Part shown: piece by piece, positions 1 through 9,900 of the stretch
Numbering within the stretch: the first letter of the stretch is position 1
How the letters are laid out: each line of letters starts with the position of its first letter
Origin: a virus
Taxonomy: Duplodnaviria; Caudoviricetes
Virus record (IMG/VR): IMGVR_UViG_3300037408_000437
Coordinates: 3,897-67,896 of that record
Strand: one strand, 5' to 3'
Length of the DNA: 64,000 bases
Notes under the pieces: model-generated
Seen by the model: only the letters and a program-made list of their open reading frames with translations
What the model was told of the DNA's origin: nothing
The model's database searches: none
Program-made: the position numbers and the translations under genes

Positions 1-2
1 TA

Positions 3-383
3 ATGCAAAATATCCAAGGAGAAATGGATAAACAAATAGCAAAGATGCTAGAACTCCGAGAACAAATCCGAACCTACCAAAATAGTATCGATACTCTACA
101 ACACGATTACGACAAAATTGGAGATGAATTACTCGACAACATGGATTTACTCGGACTTAAAGCCGCTAGAACCGACCAAGCTACGCTAAGCGTATCTGAA
201 ACCACCCGACCCGGCGTAGAAGATTGGATAGCTTTCACCAGCTACGTTTTCGAAAACAAAGCTCTCGAACTTTTAGAAAGGAGACCCGCAGTCAAAGCTT
301 GTCTTGAACTCAACCAACTCGGGACTGAAATTCCCGGAATTTACTTCTTCACTAAACGCAAAGTTAACCTACGTACCCTGTGA
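3..383 (+). CDS. Conserved phage replication-module protein with N-terminal coiled coil
   Basis: 126-aa ORF; heptad-like N-terminus, then DW..F..YV...LL.RR and IPG motifs typical of small genes next to phage polA. Confidence 0.55.
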   Translation: MQNIQGEMDKQIAKMLELREQIRTYQNSIDTLQHDYDKIGDELLDNMDLLGLKAARTDQATLSVSETTRPGVEDWIAFTSYVFENKALELLERRPAVKACLELNQLGTEIPGIYFFTKRKVNLRTL

Positions 384-390
384 GACCAAC

Positions 391-1044
391 ATGACCGAAT
401 CTACTTCCACTGCTATCGCCAACATCTACGACCTCGACGAATTTAAAACTAAAATCGCCACTTCCCTATTTCCATCCATCCGTTTAAATGGAAAGCTCTT
501 TGAATTTCCTGATGGCCGCTGTACTCTAGGTCCAATTTCAGTAATCGTGCTCGATTTTCATTACTACAACACCCTCTATACCACCGCCTACAATCCAGGT
601 AAGATTGTTTCACCCGATTGCTGGGCTCTCGGTTCATCGCCAGTAGGCATGATCCCCGGCAGCGCTTGTCCTGTCCACCCTACTTGTGATGACTGTCCGA
701 AAAACCAGTGGCGTAAGGACGGGGGGAAAACGCTACCTAAGGAATGCCGTAACATGGTTCGATTCGCGGTAATCGATCCTACCGGCGACGATAAGACAAT
801 CTACCGTCTGGTTGGATCACCCATTGCCAACGGCTTATGGCAAAAGTTCGTAAAGAATCTACGCGCTAAAAACATCCATCCAAGGAGCGTGATTACCGAC
901 ATCAGCCTCGACCAGAAACGCACCGTTCCCGTGCTTGAATTTAGCTTGAAAGGCCCCCACAACTTAGATACCAGTTACATAGCCGAACGACTAAGCACAG
1001 TAATGAGCTCAAAGATGCTCGAACAACCGCCGATAGAAGCCTAG
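391..1044 (+). CDS. Putative ssDNA-binding/annealing protein with Cys cluster
   Basis: Likely start ATG 391 just after the previous stop; DCW...C..C..CP.NQW...ECRN Cys pattern; position in the replication block. Confidence 0.45.
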   Translation: MTESTSTAIANIYDLDEFKTKIATSLFPSIRLNGKLFEFPDGRCTLGPISVIVLDFHYYNTLYTTAYNPGKIVSPDCWALGSSPVGMIPGSACPVHPTCDDCPKNQWRKDGGKTLPKECRNMVRFAVIDPTGDDKTIYRLVGSPIANGLWQKFVKNLRAKNIHPRSVITDISLDQKRTVPVLEFSLKGPHNLDTSYIAERLSTVMSSKMLEQPPIEA

Positions 1045-1159
1045 TTAAACTTTGGTTCGGTATAAATCCAAAACATGCTCGGGGCTACATTGAGCGGGCT
1101 GAAACTAGATGCCATGACATACTGCCCTGGTAGCCGAACCTCTACATAGGTAAAAAATA

Positions 1160-1405
1160 ATGAAACTAAATATAAGAGTTTCTTACATAGCCACATCAGT
1201 AAGCACTTTAGAATTACCTATAAAATCTTGGAACGAAGTAAAAGAATGGTATATAAAATGGGATATTTTACACTACACCCTCGACAACGAAACTTGGAAT
1301 ACCACCCCTCTAAACTCATCTACCGATGAGATCATTGATTGGAAACGTCCAGACTCAGCTTATATTAATGACGAATTTGATAATGTCTTAGATTCATACG
1401 GCTAA
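1160..1405 (+). CDS. Hypothetical protein
   Basis: 81-aa ORF preceded by AGGT, co-oriented and tightly packed. Confidence 0.6.
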   Translation: MKLNIRVSYIATSVSTLELPIKSWNEVKEWYIKWDILHYTLDNETWNTTPLNSSTDEIIDWKRPDSAYINDEFDNVLDSYG

Positions 1406-1408
1406 ACC

Positions 1409-2137
1409 ATGCTAAAATGTATCCCTAGATCAGAAGCAACAAAACTAGGGGGAGTTGCAGCTACCTACCGAGCTCAAACTGACAACATCTACGGTACATG
1501 CCCAAGCACTTGCCCCCTAAAACCAAAGTGCCATAAAGGAGCTAAAAAACTCGATGAACCCTACCTCGAAACCGTTCTCAAAAGCGTACCACGTCACGGA
1601 ATTGCCTGGACCTATACCCATTTCCCATTGGCTACTATACAACCCTATCTATCGAAACTACCTCAGACTCAAACGACAATCAACCTATCCACTGACACCG
1701 TGGAGCAAGCCTATGAATACCAAGCCGCAGGCTACCCTACTGTCCTCGCCATCCAACGAGCCCCCCACAAACACTGGCGGCAAAACCAAACCCGATTCGT
1801 CGTATGTCCCGCCACATATAACAAAGAAGTTACGTGTTTTAACTGCGGCGGTGGCGTACCTCTGTGTGCTAGACCTAATCGTAATTACGTGGTTGTATTT
1901 CCTGCTCACGGACCTCGGAAACACTTAGTTGGTTCGCAAGATAAAGGAGGTTGCTACGGAGAGCTAGGAAATGTTAGATTACATTGGGATAACGCCAGTA
2001 AAGGCATAGGTAGGACTATCCTACAGGATAATGAAGAAATAACTATACTACCTATCTGGACTAAGCTACTCCCCAAGTACACACTACTACGACACCACAT
2101 TGTAGGGGATTTAGGATGCCTAAAGAAAGCGACATAA
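1409..2137 (+). CDS. Cys-rich phage protein (DUF7227/Gp88-like, putative metal or Fe-S binding)
   Basis: TCPSTCP..C, WTYTH, TINLS, VCPA...TC.NC...LCA...AHG, GCYG..G.V..HW and LRHH..GD motifs. Confidence 0.5.
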   Translation: MLKCIPRSEATKLGGVAATYRAQTDNIYGTCPSTCPLKPKCHKGAKKLDEPYLETVLKSVPRHGIAWTYTHFPLATIQPYLSKLPQTQTTINLSTDTVEQAYEYQAAGYPTVLAIQRAPHKHWRQNQTRFVVCPATYNKEVTCFNCGGGVPLCARPNRNYVVVFPAHGPRKHLVGSQDKGGCYGELGNVRLHWDNASKGIGRTILQDNEEITILPIWTKLLPKYTLLRHHIVGDLGCLKKAT

Positions 2138-2511
2138 CCGCTAGAATCAATAAAATGATTTCAGAGAAGTGTATAGCCTGGAAAATAAACACTACAACAA
2201 GACGGGGTATGCCTGATTGCCAGTATATAGGCCCAGAAAATAATCTATGGGTAGAATATAAACGGATAATAGGAACTCGTAAAATTCTCCACGTTTATAA
2301 ACAACTAACCGCTATCCAACTAAGCACCATAAAAAAATTAATTAAGCTTAACGAAGAAGTATGGTTAGTTATCTTCTTAAATGAAAGTATACTCATACTT
2401 CGAAACCAAGAATGGGAAAAACCAGTAGCAGTAAAACCAGAAAACCTTTATACCCCACAAAAATTAGTCAACGAAATCCACGAGTTCATAGGGGTAAAAT
2501 GTACATCTTAA
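2116..2511 (+). CDS. VRR-NUC / PD-(D/E)xK nuclease
   Basis: E.DI ... G.PD ... WVEYK catalytic pattern. Confidence 0.75.
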   Translation: MPKESDITARINKMISEKCIAWKINTTTRRGMPDCQYIGPENNLWVEYKRIIGTRKILHVYKQLTAIQLSTIKKLIKLNEEVWLVIFLNESILILRNQEWEKPVAVKPENLYTPQKLVNEIHEFIGVKCTS

Positions 2512-2566
2512 CTTTTATAGTAGTCATCGTAGTTTTAATAGTAGTCTACGATATAATAGGAGACCC

Positions 2567-2776
2567 ATGAACATAAAAGATTTACTAAAACCAATAACTG
2601 ATTTAGAAATTGAAATATTTAAAGCAAAAATAGAATTAGCTACCGAATTAGCCCGAGCAGAAATAGACCTATACAACGCCCAAATTGAAATATATAAAGC
2701 ACGTATAAACTATGAATATCAGAGACTTGCTACAAAGCCATCCGAGCCCGACCAAAGTAGAAATCGAACTCAATAA
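2567..2776 (+). CDS. Hypothetical helical protein
   Basis: AGGAG RBS; internal EIEIFKAKI/EIEIYKARI repeat. Confidence 0.5.
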   Translation: MNIKDLLKPITDLEIEIFKAKIELATELARAEIDLYNAQIEIYKARINYEYQRLATKPSEPDQSRNRTQ

Positions 2777-2969
2777 GATTTTTGAAACTGTCGATTTCGG
2801 AGAAGCCCTATTCCAAGGATGGTTCTCTATAGATTGCTACGATGAAAATAACAACCACCGCATAAGCATCATCTATCAATGGGGACACCACGATGAGTGG
2901 GTTTACACCATAACTTGGTCGGGTAAAAAACCTACTTATAATTTATTTGAACCACTCGATCCCTGGTAA
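2712..2969 (+). CDS. Hypothetical protein
   Basis: 85-aa ORF, co-oriented. Confidence 0.45.
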   Translation: MNIRDLLQSHPSPTKVEIELNKIFETVDFGEALFQGWFSIDCYDENNNHRISIIYQWGHHDEWVYTITWSGKKPTYNLFEPLDPW

Positions 2970-2975
2970 AACCTT

Positions 2976-3047
2976 GAACCGCTCGATTTCTGGTGAGATC
3001 ACCAGCCTTTCAAGCTGGCTAGACGGGTTCGATTCCCGTGCGGTTCA
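2976..3047 (+). tRNA. tRNA-Glu (anticodon TTC)
   Basis: Acceptor stem GAACCGC/GCGGTTC, D arm GATT/GATC, anticodon arm CCAGC-CTTTCAA-GCTGG, T arm ACGGG-TTCGATT-CCCGT; CCA not encoded. Confidence 0.9.
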
Positions 3048-3099
3048 TCCTATTTTTATTTTTTATTTTTATAAGAAACTAACCAACAAAATCTAACAA

Positions 3100-3636
3100 C
3101 TAGGTGGGAGGCGGGAGGCGAGGGCTCGGAGTTTCAAAAACCCAACGATAGCCTTTGTGAGTTTTTCGCTTGCCATTGCAACAAGATGAGATACTAGGTA
3201 GAAGGAATCCATAACGAGCCGCTTCGCCCATACTCGAAAACCTTAGTTGCTCGCCGGTCGTTAAGTGCGTCGCTACGATGTTTCGTCTAATTTTAGTCGT
3301 CAACCCCGTCTCGAACGCATGAATCAGATTTTGTTCACAGGTACACCACTGAAGATTTTCAACTCGGTTGTTGGTCTTGACGCCATCCAGGTGGTTGATT
3401 TGGTCATAGCAGTGCGGGTTTTCCAGGAAAGCCTCCGCAACCAGACGATGAACGACCTTATCACTTCTCGCTCCCTGGCGGAACAGGGTCACCTTCTGAT
3501 ACCCGTGAGTAATACCTATCCAAAGAGCTAGCTTCCGTCCCGGCACAGCGCCCCTGCCTGGAGCAACTCGGAAAACGTCACCTTCATCCGAAACTGCATA
3601 AAGTCCTTCGTAGCCGACCACAGGCATAGTATTCAT
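3100..3636 (-). CDS. NUMOD4-HNH-NUMOD1 homing endonuclease
   Basis: VVGYEGLYAVSDEG (NUMOD4), VHRLVAEAF...INHLDGVKTNNRVENLQW (HNH), C-terminal SISSCCNGKRKTHKGYRW. Confidence 0.9.
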   Translation of the reverse strand: MNTMPVVGYEGLYAVSDEGDVFRVAPGRGAVPGRKLALWIGITHGYQKVTLFRQGARSDKVVHRLVAEAFLENPHCYDQINHLDGVKTNNRVENLQWCTCEQNLIHAFETGLTTKIRRNIVATHLTTGEQLRFSSMGEAARYGFLLPSISSCCNGKRKTHKGYRWVFETPSPRLPPPT

Positions 3637-3810
3637 AACGAGCATTTGGCATAGTCGCAAGCGGAGCAACGTTCGCAGCCTTCGCTCTTAATGAGGCGGG
3701 ACTTACATTCAGGGCAGGATAGGGAATCGGACTGGGGGGTTTCTTCGGGGGTTACTACGCGACAACCTACAATACGTTTAGTTATAACTAACATAAACAA
3801 ACCCCACAAA

Positions 3811-3850
3811 AAGAAAAAACCCCAGAGCGCAAAGGGGAGTGCGCCCTGGG
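3811..3850 (-). terminator. Intrinsic terminator after the giant gene
   Basis: On the minus strand CCCAGGGCGCA-loop-TGCGCTCTGGG followed by GTTTTTTCTT. Confidence 0.75.
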
Positions 3851-3914
3851 ATCATCGAAATAACCACCTTGAAGGAGTTTATGATACTGCTAATTCACGG
3901 CAAACGCAAGTTTT

Positions 3915-6900
3915 TTATCGGAACATTTGCTCCAGCAACGCCCGGCGGGTGTCGGGCAACGCGCCGATGATCGGCGATATTCGCAGGATGGCGTCGGTCG
4001 TCTCCTGAGCGAGCCGGCCTTCTCCAGCACCGCCAATTTTGCGGATCATCTGATCCATCGACGTGGCAAACGGCCCAAGCAGCGCCGTGTAGACCGGGGT
4101 GCCGTAACCCGCCGAACGGTTAGCGTCCAACGCCAGTTGCAGCGGCCCGAGCAGCCCGGTTCGGCTGAGAATGTCCATGGCGTAATCCTCGGGCTCCTTC
4201 TCGCGCCGGGCGGGTTTACCCCATAGACCGTCGCGGATTTCCTCGCGCACCACGGTGCCGAGCATGGCCAGAGGGACCATCAGCGCCCACGGCAACGCCA
4301 GGATCAGTACTTTCTTGCCGTAAGAGTCGGCCCGCTGATACTCGCGCAGCATCCGGCCCATGACGACGTGCCCGTAGGACCACAGGAAGGACTTCAGGTG
4401 CCACACCACCATGGCGGCGGGGTGGCTGGCCCACAGCGGCCGCTGGGTGGCGTCGGGGTGCATCGCCGACTCCGCCACGAACTGATTGAGGGCCACTTGA
4501 ATCTTATACGCCGTGGTCTCCTGCGCCTTCTGTTCGGCCTTTTGTTGGGGGGTGTGCGCGGGATTGGGGGGCGGCGCGGTCAATTTCCCATTGAGGCCGT
4601 TGGGGTCCAACCACTTCGTCAGGACGGCGTGGGTCAGTCCGAACTGCTTCAGCAGGGCATCGGACTCGGCGCCGGGTTTAACCGCCAGCCCCTTGAACCA
4701 CTCGATGCCAGTGGCGAACGCCGTCAGCCGGGTGAGGTTGTCCAGCCACTCCATGCCGTTGTAGCGGAAGAACGTGTCGTTCAGCTTGCGAAACGTCTGG
4801 TCCATGAACGGCGTGTCCAGGTAGGCCCGGCCATACAGCCCCCGCAGGTTGTCCATGACCACCCCGTTGGCGGTGGCGATCTGGTACAGCTCGCCCTCTT
4901 TACGCATCTCGCCCAGGGCGGTGGTCAGACCCCGCCAGGACGCCCCCATGGCGCCATTGGCGCGGATGGCGGGTACGGCGAGGCCGGCCAGGTTGGTGGT
5001 CACCGCCAGGGGCAGCAGCGCCCAGTTCATGCCGGTTACGATCAGCGACGACAGACGCCGCAGGTTAGGGTCGAAGTCCGCGCCGGCCCGGCCCAGCACC
5101 GCGTCCATGGCCTTAATCATGAAGCGCAGTTGCGAGGGCGTGGCGCCTTCGGCCAGGGCGGCGTTGTACAGGATGCGCAGCTTGACGGTCTGATCCCAAC
5201 GGACCTTGAACTTGTCCGTGCCCTTCTGGGACATCCAGGAGTTCTCGTTGGAATCCCAGTACAAATTACCGTGTTTGGCCGGGTCGTGCAGCGCTGGCAC
5301 CGAACCTTGCAGGCTGTAGTCCACGCTGCCGTTGGTCGGTATGACTACCCAGGCCGCGAAACGCCGCTCGAACTCGACCCGCTTGATGAGCTGGGTGGCG
5401 TACTCCTTCATGGTGGCTTCCGGTTCCGTCGTCACCCGCAGGAACGGCAGCAGGTCAATGTCATTGACCGAAGCCAAATCGGAGTTCAGCCGGGCCAGGG
5501 CCAGGTGAGGCGCGTAGAAGCTGTAGTCCTCACCCCGATAGAGCGAAACCTCGGTCAGCAGATGGTTGTAGACTTCTTCCGCTTCGGCGGGCTTCCAGGC
5601 ATACTTGATGGTCAGCATGTCCAGAAAGTCCTGTTTGTTAGCCGTCAGGGCGTCCTTGTTCCAAATGCGCGGCAGCTCCGTGGACTGAGAGCCGACGTGC
5701 GAGTTCAGAACATCCTTGTAGTAGTCCTTCAGCCGTTCAAACAGCTTAGCCAGGTTCTTGACTTCGACCGGCGCGGTAGCGAGTTGGTTGGTGTCTCGCG
5801 CTACTACGTACCGGCGCATGAGGTCCTGCTTCTGCGAGTCGGTCAGGTTGTCGAACGCTTCGTTCACCCACAACGCCTTGCCCGCCGCCTGACGCAGCCA
5901 CGCCGGCCGGAATCCTTCAAAATAGCGGGACTGGCGGGCGAAGTCGATAGTCATATCCCGGTAGGTATACGGGGCCGGCGCGGCGGCGCCTGGCGCTCGC
6001 ACAATGAGATCGGCCAGGGCTGTCAACGCCGCCAGCGGCTTGCCGTTCGGGTCCAGCTCGGAGCGCAGCCGGGCATCCAGGGTCTTGGTAATGTGGTGGT
6101 GCAGGGACCTGGCGTGCCGCCACACTCCCCGAGCTCGGTCGGCGATAAACTTGCCCGCTCGGGTACTCTCCAGCAGTTTCTGCCCGGCGTAGTACCGAAT
6201 ACCAGGGCTGTAATCTGGAGTCGCGTTTAGCAGGGTTTCCATACCCTCTTTCAGGTCAGACAGCACGCCGTTTTGCTGCATCACCGCATTGCGGTACTGG
6301 ATAGTGGCCAGCACTCCGGACAGGAAGTTATCGACGAACTGCTTGCTGTCCTTGGTCTTGGCCCGACCAGTCTTGCCAAACAACTTGTCGTAGAACGCTT
6401 GGAGCCGGCCGAGCAAGTAGTCGATGAACTTGCGTACCATCGGCGGGCCTTTGACCTCTACCGGCTTGTCCAGCCCCAGGAGGATACGCTGCATCCGGGA
6501 GGCCACGTATTCATCCACCATCAGGTCGTCGGAGATGAGAGCGATCCTCGGTTGCCCGCCCGTGGCTTCCTTGACCAGTTGTTTCCAGACGGCGGCTTGT
6601 TTGCCTCCCGTAGCCTTCTTCAAATCAGACAGGTTGGTGCGGTAGAATACATGCCCCATCTCGTGAGCCAGTTTACCTCTTACCGTGTCGTAATCCTCAC
6701 CCTGGGTAATCAAGTAAACGTGGGGCACGTCGTCCTTGTACACGGTGAAATAGGGATCGTTCTGGGCCATGGCCACGATCTCGTCGGCCTGTTCGGTCAG
6801 CGCCAGCTCGTCGAGCAGTTGCCGGAAGGTCGGCGTTTCACCACGCTCGCGCGCCATCCGCAGCAAATCGATATGTTGCAGTACCGCAGTGGGTATACCC

Positions 6901-9900
6901 AGTTCCGACATCATCCAGTTGAACTCGCCGCGAAGCTCCGTAGTTTGTTCAGCGGTGAATTCGTTCGCGGATACGGGCTGGGCAGTAGGCAAAGGTTTCT
7001 GCTTAACCTTAAACCACTCAGATTCAGAGAGTATTGGGTTGTTATCCAGCCAGTCTTGATAATGCCGTTCGGCTTCGACTTTGGCCTTACTCGCTTCCGC
7101 GCGTTGTTCAGGGGTAACAGTCTTCGGTTCTGGTTTTACTTCAGGCGGACGGGCCGCGACTTCGGAGCCTTCCAGTTTACCTTCGCCTGGCATAGTCCGT
7201 AGCGTGGCGCTAGGCTCTTCACCAGACAACCTCCCCAGCTCCTTGGAGGTCTTTTGAACACGATATTCAATCTGTCGCCATTCTTCGCCGTATAACCGCT
7301 GATCATCCGCCGCTGACCGGTCCCAAGCAGGATCTTTGATACCGGCGCGTTCCAGGAGATCGAGTACGGCCTCACTATCGTTCAGGGCGTTGTCATCGCG
7401 TAGAGTACGATCTTGGTACACTTCACGTACTTCTGTGATTTTACTACGTGCCAAGCGTAATTTAGCGTTACGGTTAAGGAATACGTTACGTAATTTACCT
7501 ACAAACCTAGCGAGAACGTCGGGGTTGTTCAATAGGAACACATCGTCTTCCTTGGCGGGAAATCCCATGGCTTCACGGTCAGAGGCTTCTTGCCGGCGTC
7601 GGACGGTTTTTTGAAACTGCCGTTCCAACTCACTCAAATCCTCCGTTAAAGCTGCGGCTTCATTCTGTAAAGTCGCGATCTCTTTAATCAACCCTTTTAT
7701 TGAACTCTTTACTTCAAGTACGTCGCCGACAGTTACGAATTCGCGAGTCTTGGGGTCGTATTTCAGTATCCAGCCACGTAGCGGGCTGTTTTCAGGGAGG
7801 TTATCAAAATCAACCAGCGACAAATCGGTTTTTATACCGTCGGTGGTTTGGTATTTCCACATTTTCGCCGGAACAGGCTTATCGTCTTTATCTTTCCTGA
7901 TGCTGCCGTCTAAGTTTTTTAGATAAACCGGCTGATTCTTCGCGTCCTTCTTATCCACCAACTGAGTATGGGTCTCGGTGGGCATCGGCCGCAAACTGTG
8001 CGCGAGTTTAGTGCGTAATACCTCAAAGCCCTTGACCAACGCCGCGATGCGATCCATGTGGGTGCCGGAAACGGCGTCCAAGCCCCGCATGGCGGTATAG
8101 CCCACCTTTACCACGTCGTCTAGCGTCAACTCCGCCGAAGCCCCGGTGGTTAGGTGGGAAGCGTCATTTTCATGGTATTTCAGATAGGCACGGACGAACA
8201 GGTCGATAATACCACCGAAGTTATCAACCTTGATGGCGTGGTAGTTCTCAGTAACGGTGCGTTTGGTCCTCGGCTTCTGGTACGTATATAGCGGAATACC
8301 CATTTGCTCCGCAAGGGTTTTGTTGATAATGACCATGCCGCGCCCCTGAGTTTCCAGGCGCGATGGGTCTTTTACCAGACTCTCATATCGGGCTTTATCC
8401 TTGGCTCGTTGCGCAGGAGATTTCTTTTTGTCCAGCTTCGGGTCTATCAGGTCGTCGAGATTCTCTAAAAATCCTTGGTCGTTACGAAATTGAACCTTAC
8501 CTTCGAAGAACACGGCGTTATCAAAACCCATCGCCGCCAACAATGACCTGCCGAAGTCCTTGGCGCCTTCCGTCAGTCGGCGTTTACCGCCGATTAGTGG
8601 ATCGTCCTCCAACGCTTTATCGACTTCCAGTACTAATCCTTGGAGTTTATGGCGCGTGGCCGGGTCCGTGAAGTCCAAACCACGCCAATCGTCCACGGTC
8701 TGCTTGGCACTGGCGAGTGCCTGCTCCATCGCGCCAACCATGCGCTGGATTAGTGGGTGCTTCAAATTAGCTCCCGTTGAAAACACTACCCCGGAATTAC
8801 GCTTGCTGGATTCAGCCATTCGGGATGTACTGCGCCGCCGTTCCTCCACCAGGGTAGCCAACGAGTCCAGCGTGGCGCGGGACAGCCCGCCCTCCATCCG
8901 AACCAAGTCGGCGTCCGGGCCGGGTTTGGCGGTTTCCTTAACGTAGACGATTTGTCGGCCATCTGGGATTCGGTGTTGAGCCAGTTCGAACTTTACATCG
9001 AGGCCGGCCTGATTCAGCATCAGGGTACGGGTCATCAGTACGTGCTGCATCGCGGCGGGTAGCGCTTCGAACAGCGGATTTCCATAGCTGGCATCGAATC
9101 GCTCGCCCATCCGGGCGCCTTTCAAATCCAGCGAACGAGTACCGCCAGCATTGAGCAGGCTACCAGAATCCAGTTCGTCGCCCAGCGGAATCGCTTCGAC
9201 TCGCGAATATACCTGTCCTTGCCGGTCACGGGTATTTTTGCCCGCCGTCTCGAAGACCGTGGAACGTAATGCCAGAGCGTGAGATAGGGTGTCCGGGCGT
9301 TCCTGAGTTTCGAGGTCATCGTCGTAGCGTAGCGCATCAACGACATTGGTATCGACAAAATCGCTCTCTTCGGGGATGGCCTCAAGCAACCCACCATCTT
9401 CATCAGATAACGGAACCATCTCTTCGTAGCGTTCTTGGTCTGCTTCCTGACTACGCCGTTCGTTAACTAGGTCTTCTACGGTTAATTCATTGCTCTCTTT
9501 ACGTTGTAGGGCCTCATAGAGATTTACCAACGTTCGTAAGAACTGCTCACTGGAAACACGCTCGCCCAATAAATCTTGGTAAGCGAGTCGAGCCGTTCTG
9601 AGGTCCTCGGGTGCTACGTCAGGGTCGACCACTAGCTCCTGCATTACAGCTTCAAGATTTTGCCGGTCATCTACCCTGGCGAGAGCAGTGAGTACATGTT
9701 TGACTACTGTGTACTTCCCATCGGCACCCAGCGCGCGCATTTGCAGAACCGGTAAGAATTCCGAAGTGACGCCCGACAGCCCGACAGCGGTACGTAGTTT
9801 CGTTACGTAGCCACCTCCTAACTGATCCGCCAGTAAACGTTCGAGGGCGGCGTTTACCGTTGGGTTAGCGCGCTCGGTAGGCTTGGCGACGATAGCTGAA

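Noticed and set aside
4368-6230. 620-aa + strand ORF, and similar long antisense ORFs at 40853-42034, 42853-43638 and 54241-54927
   Set aside because: Shadow ORFs of GC-rich coding genes; no RBS or domain motifs, unlike the nested HNH, which has both
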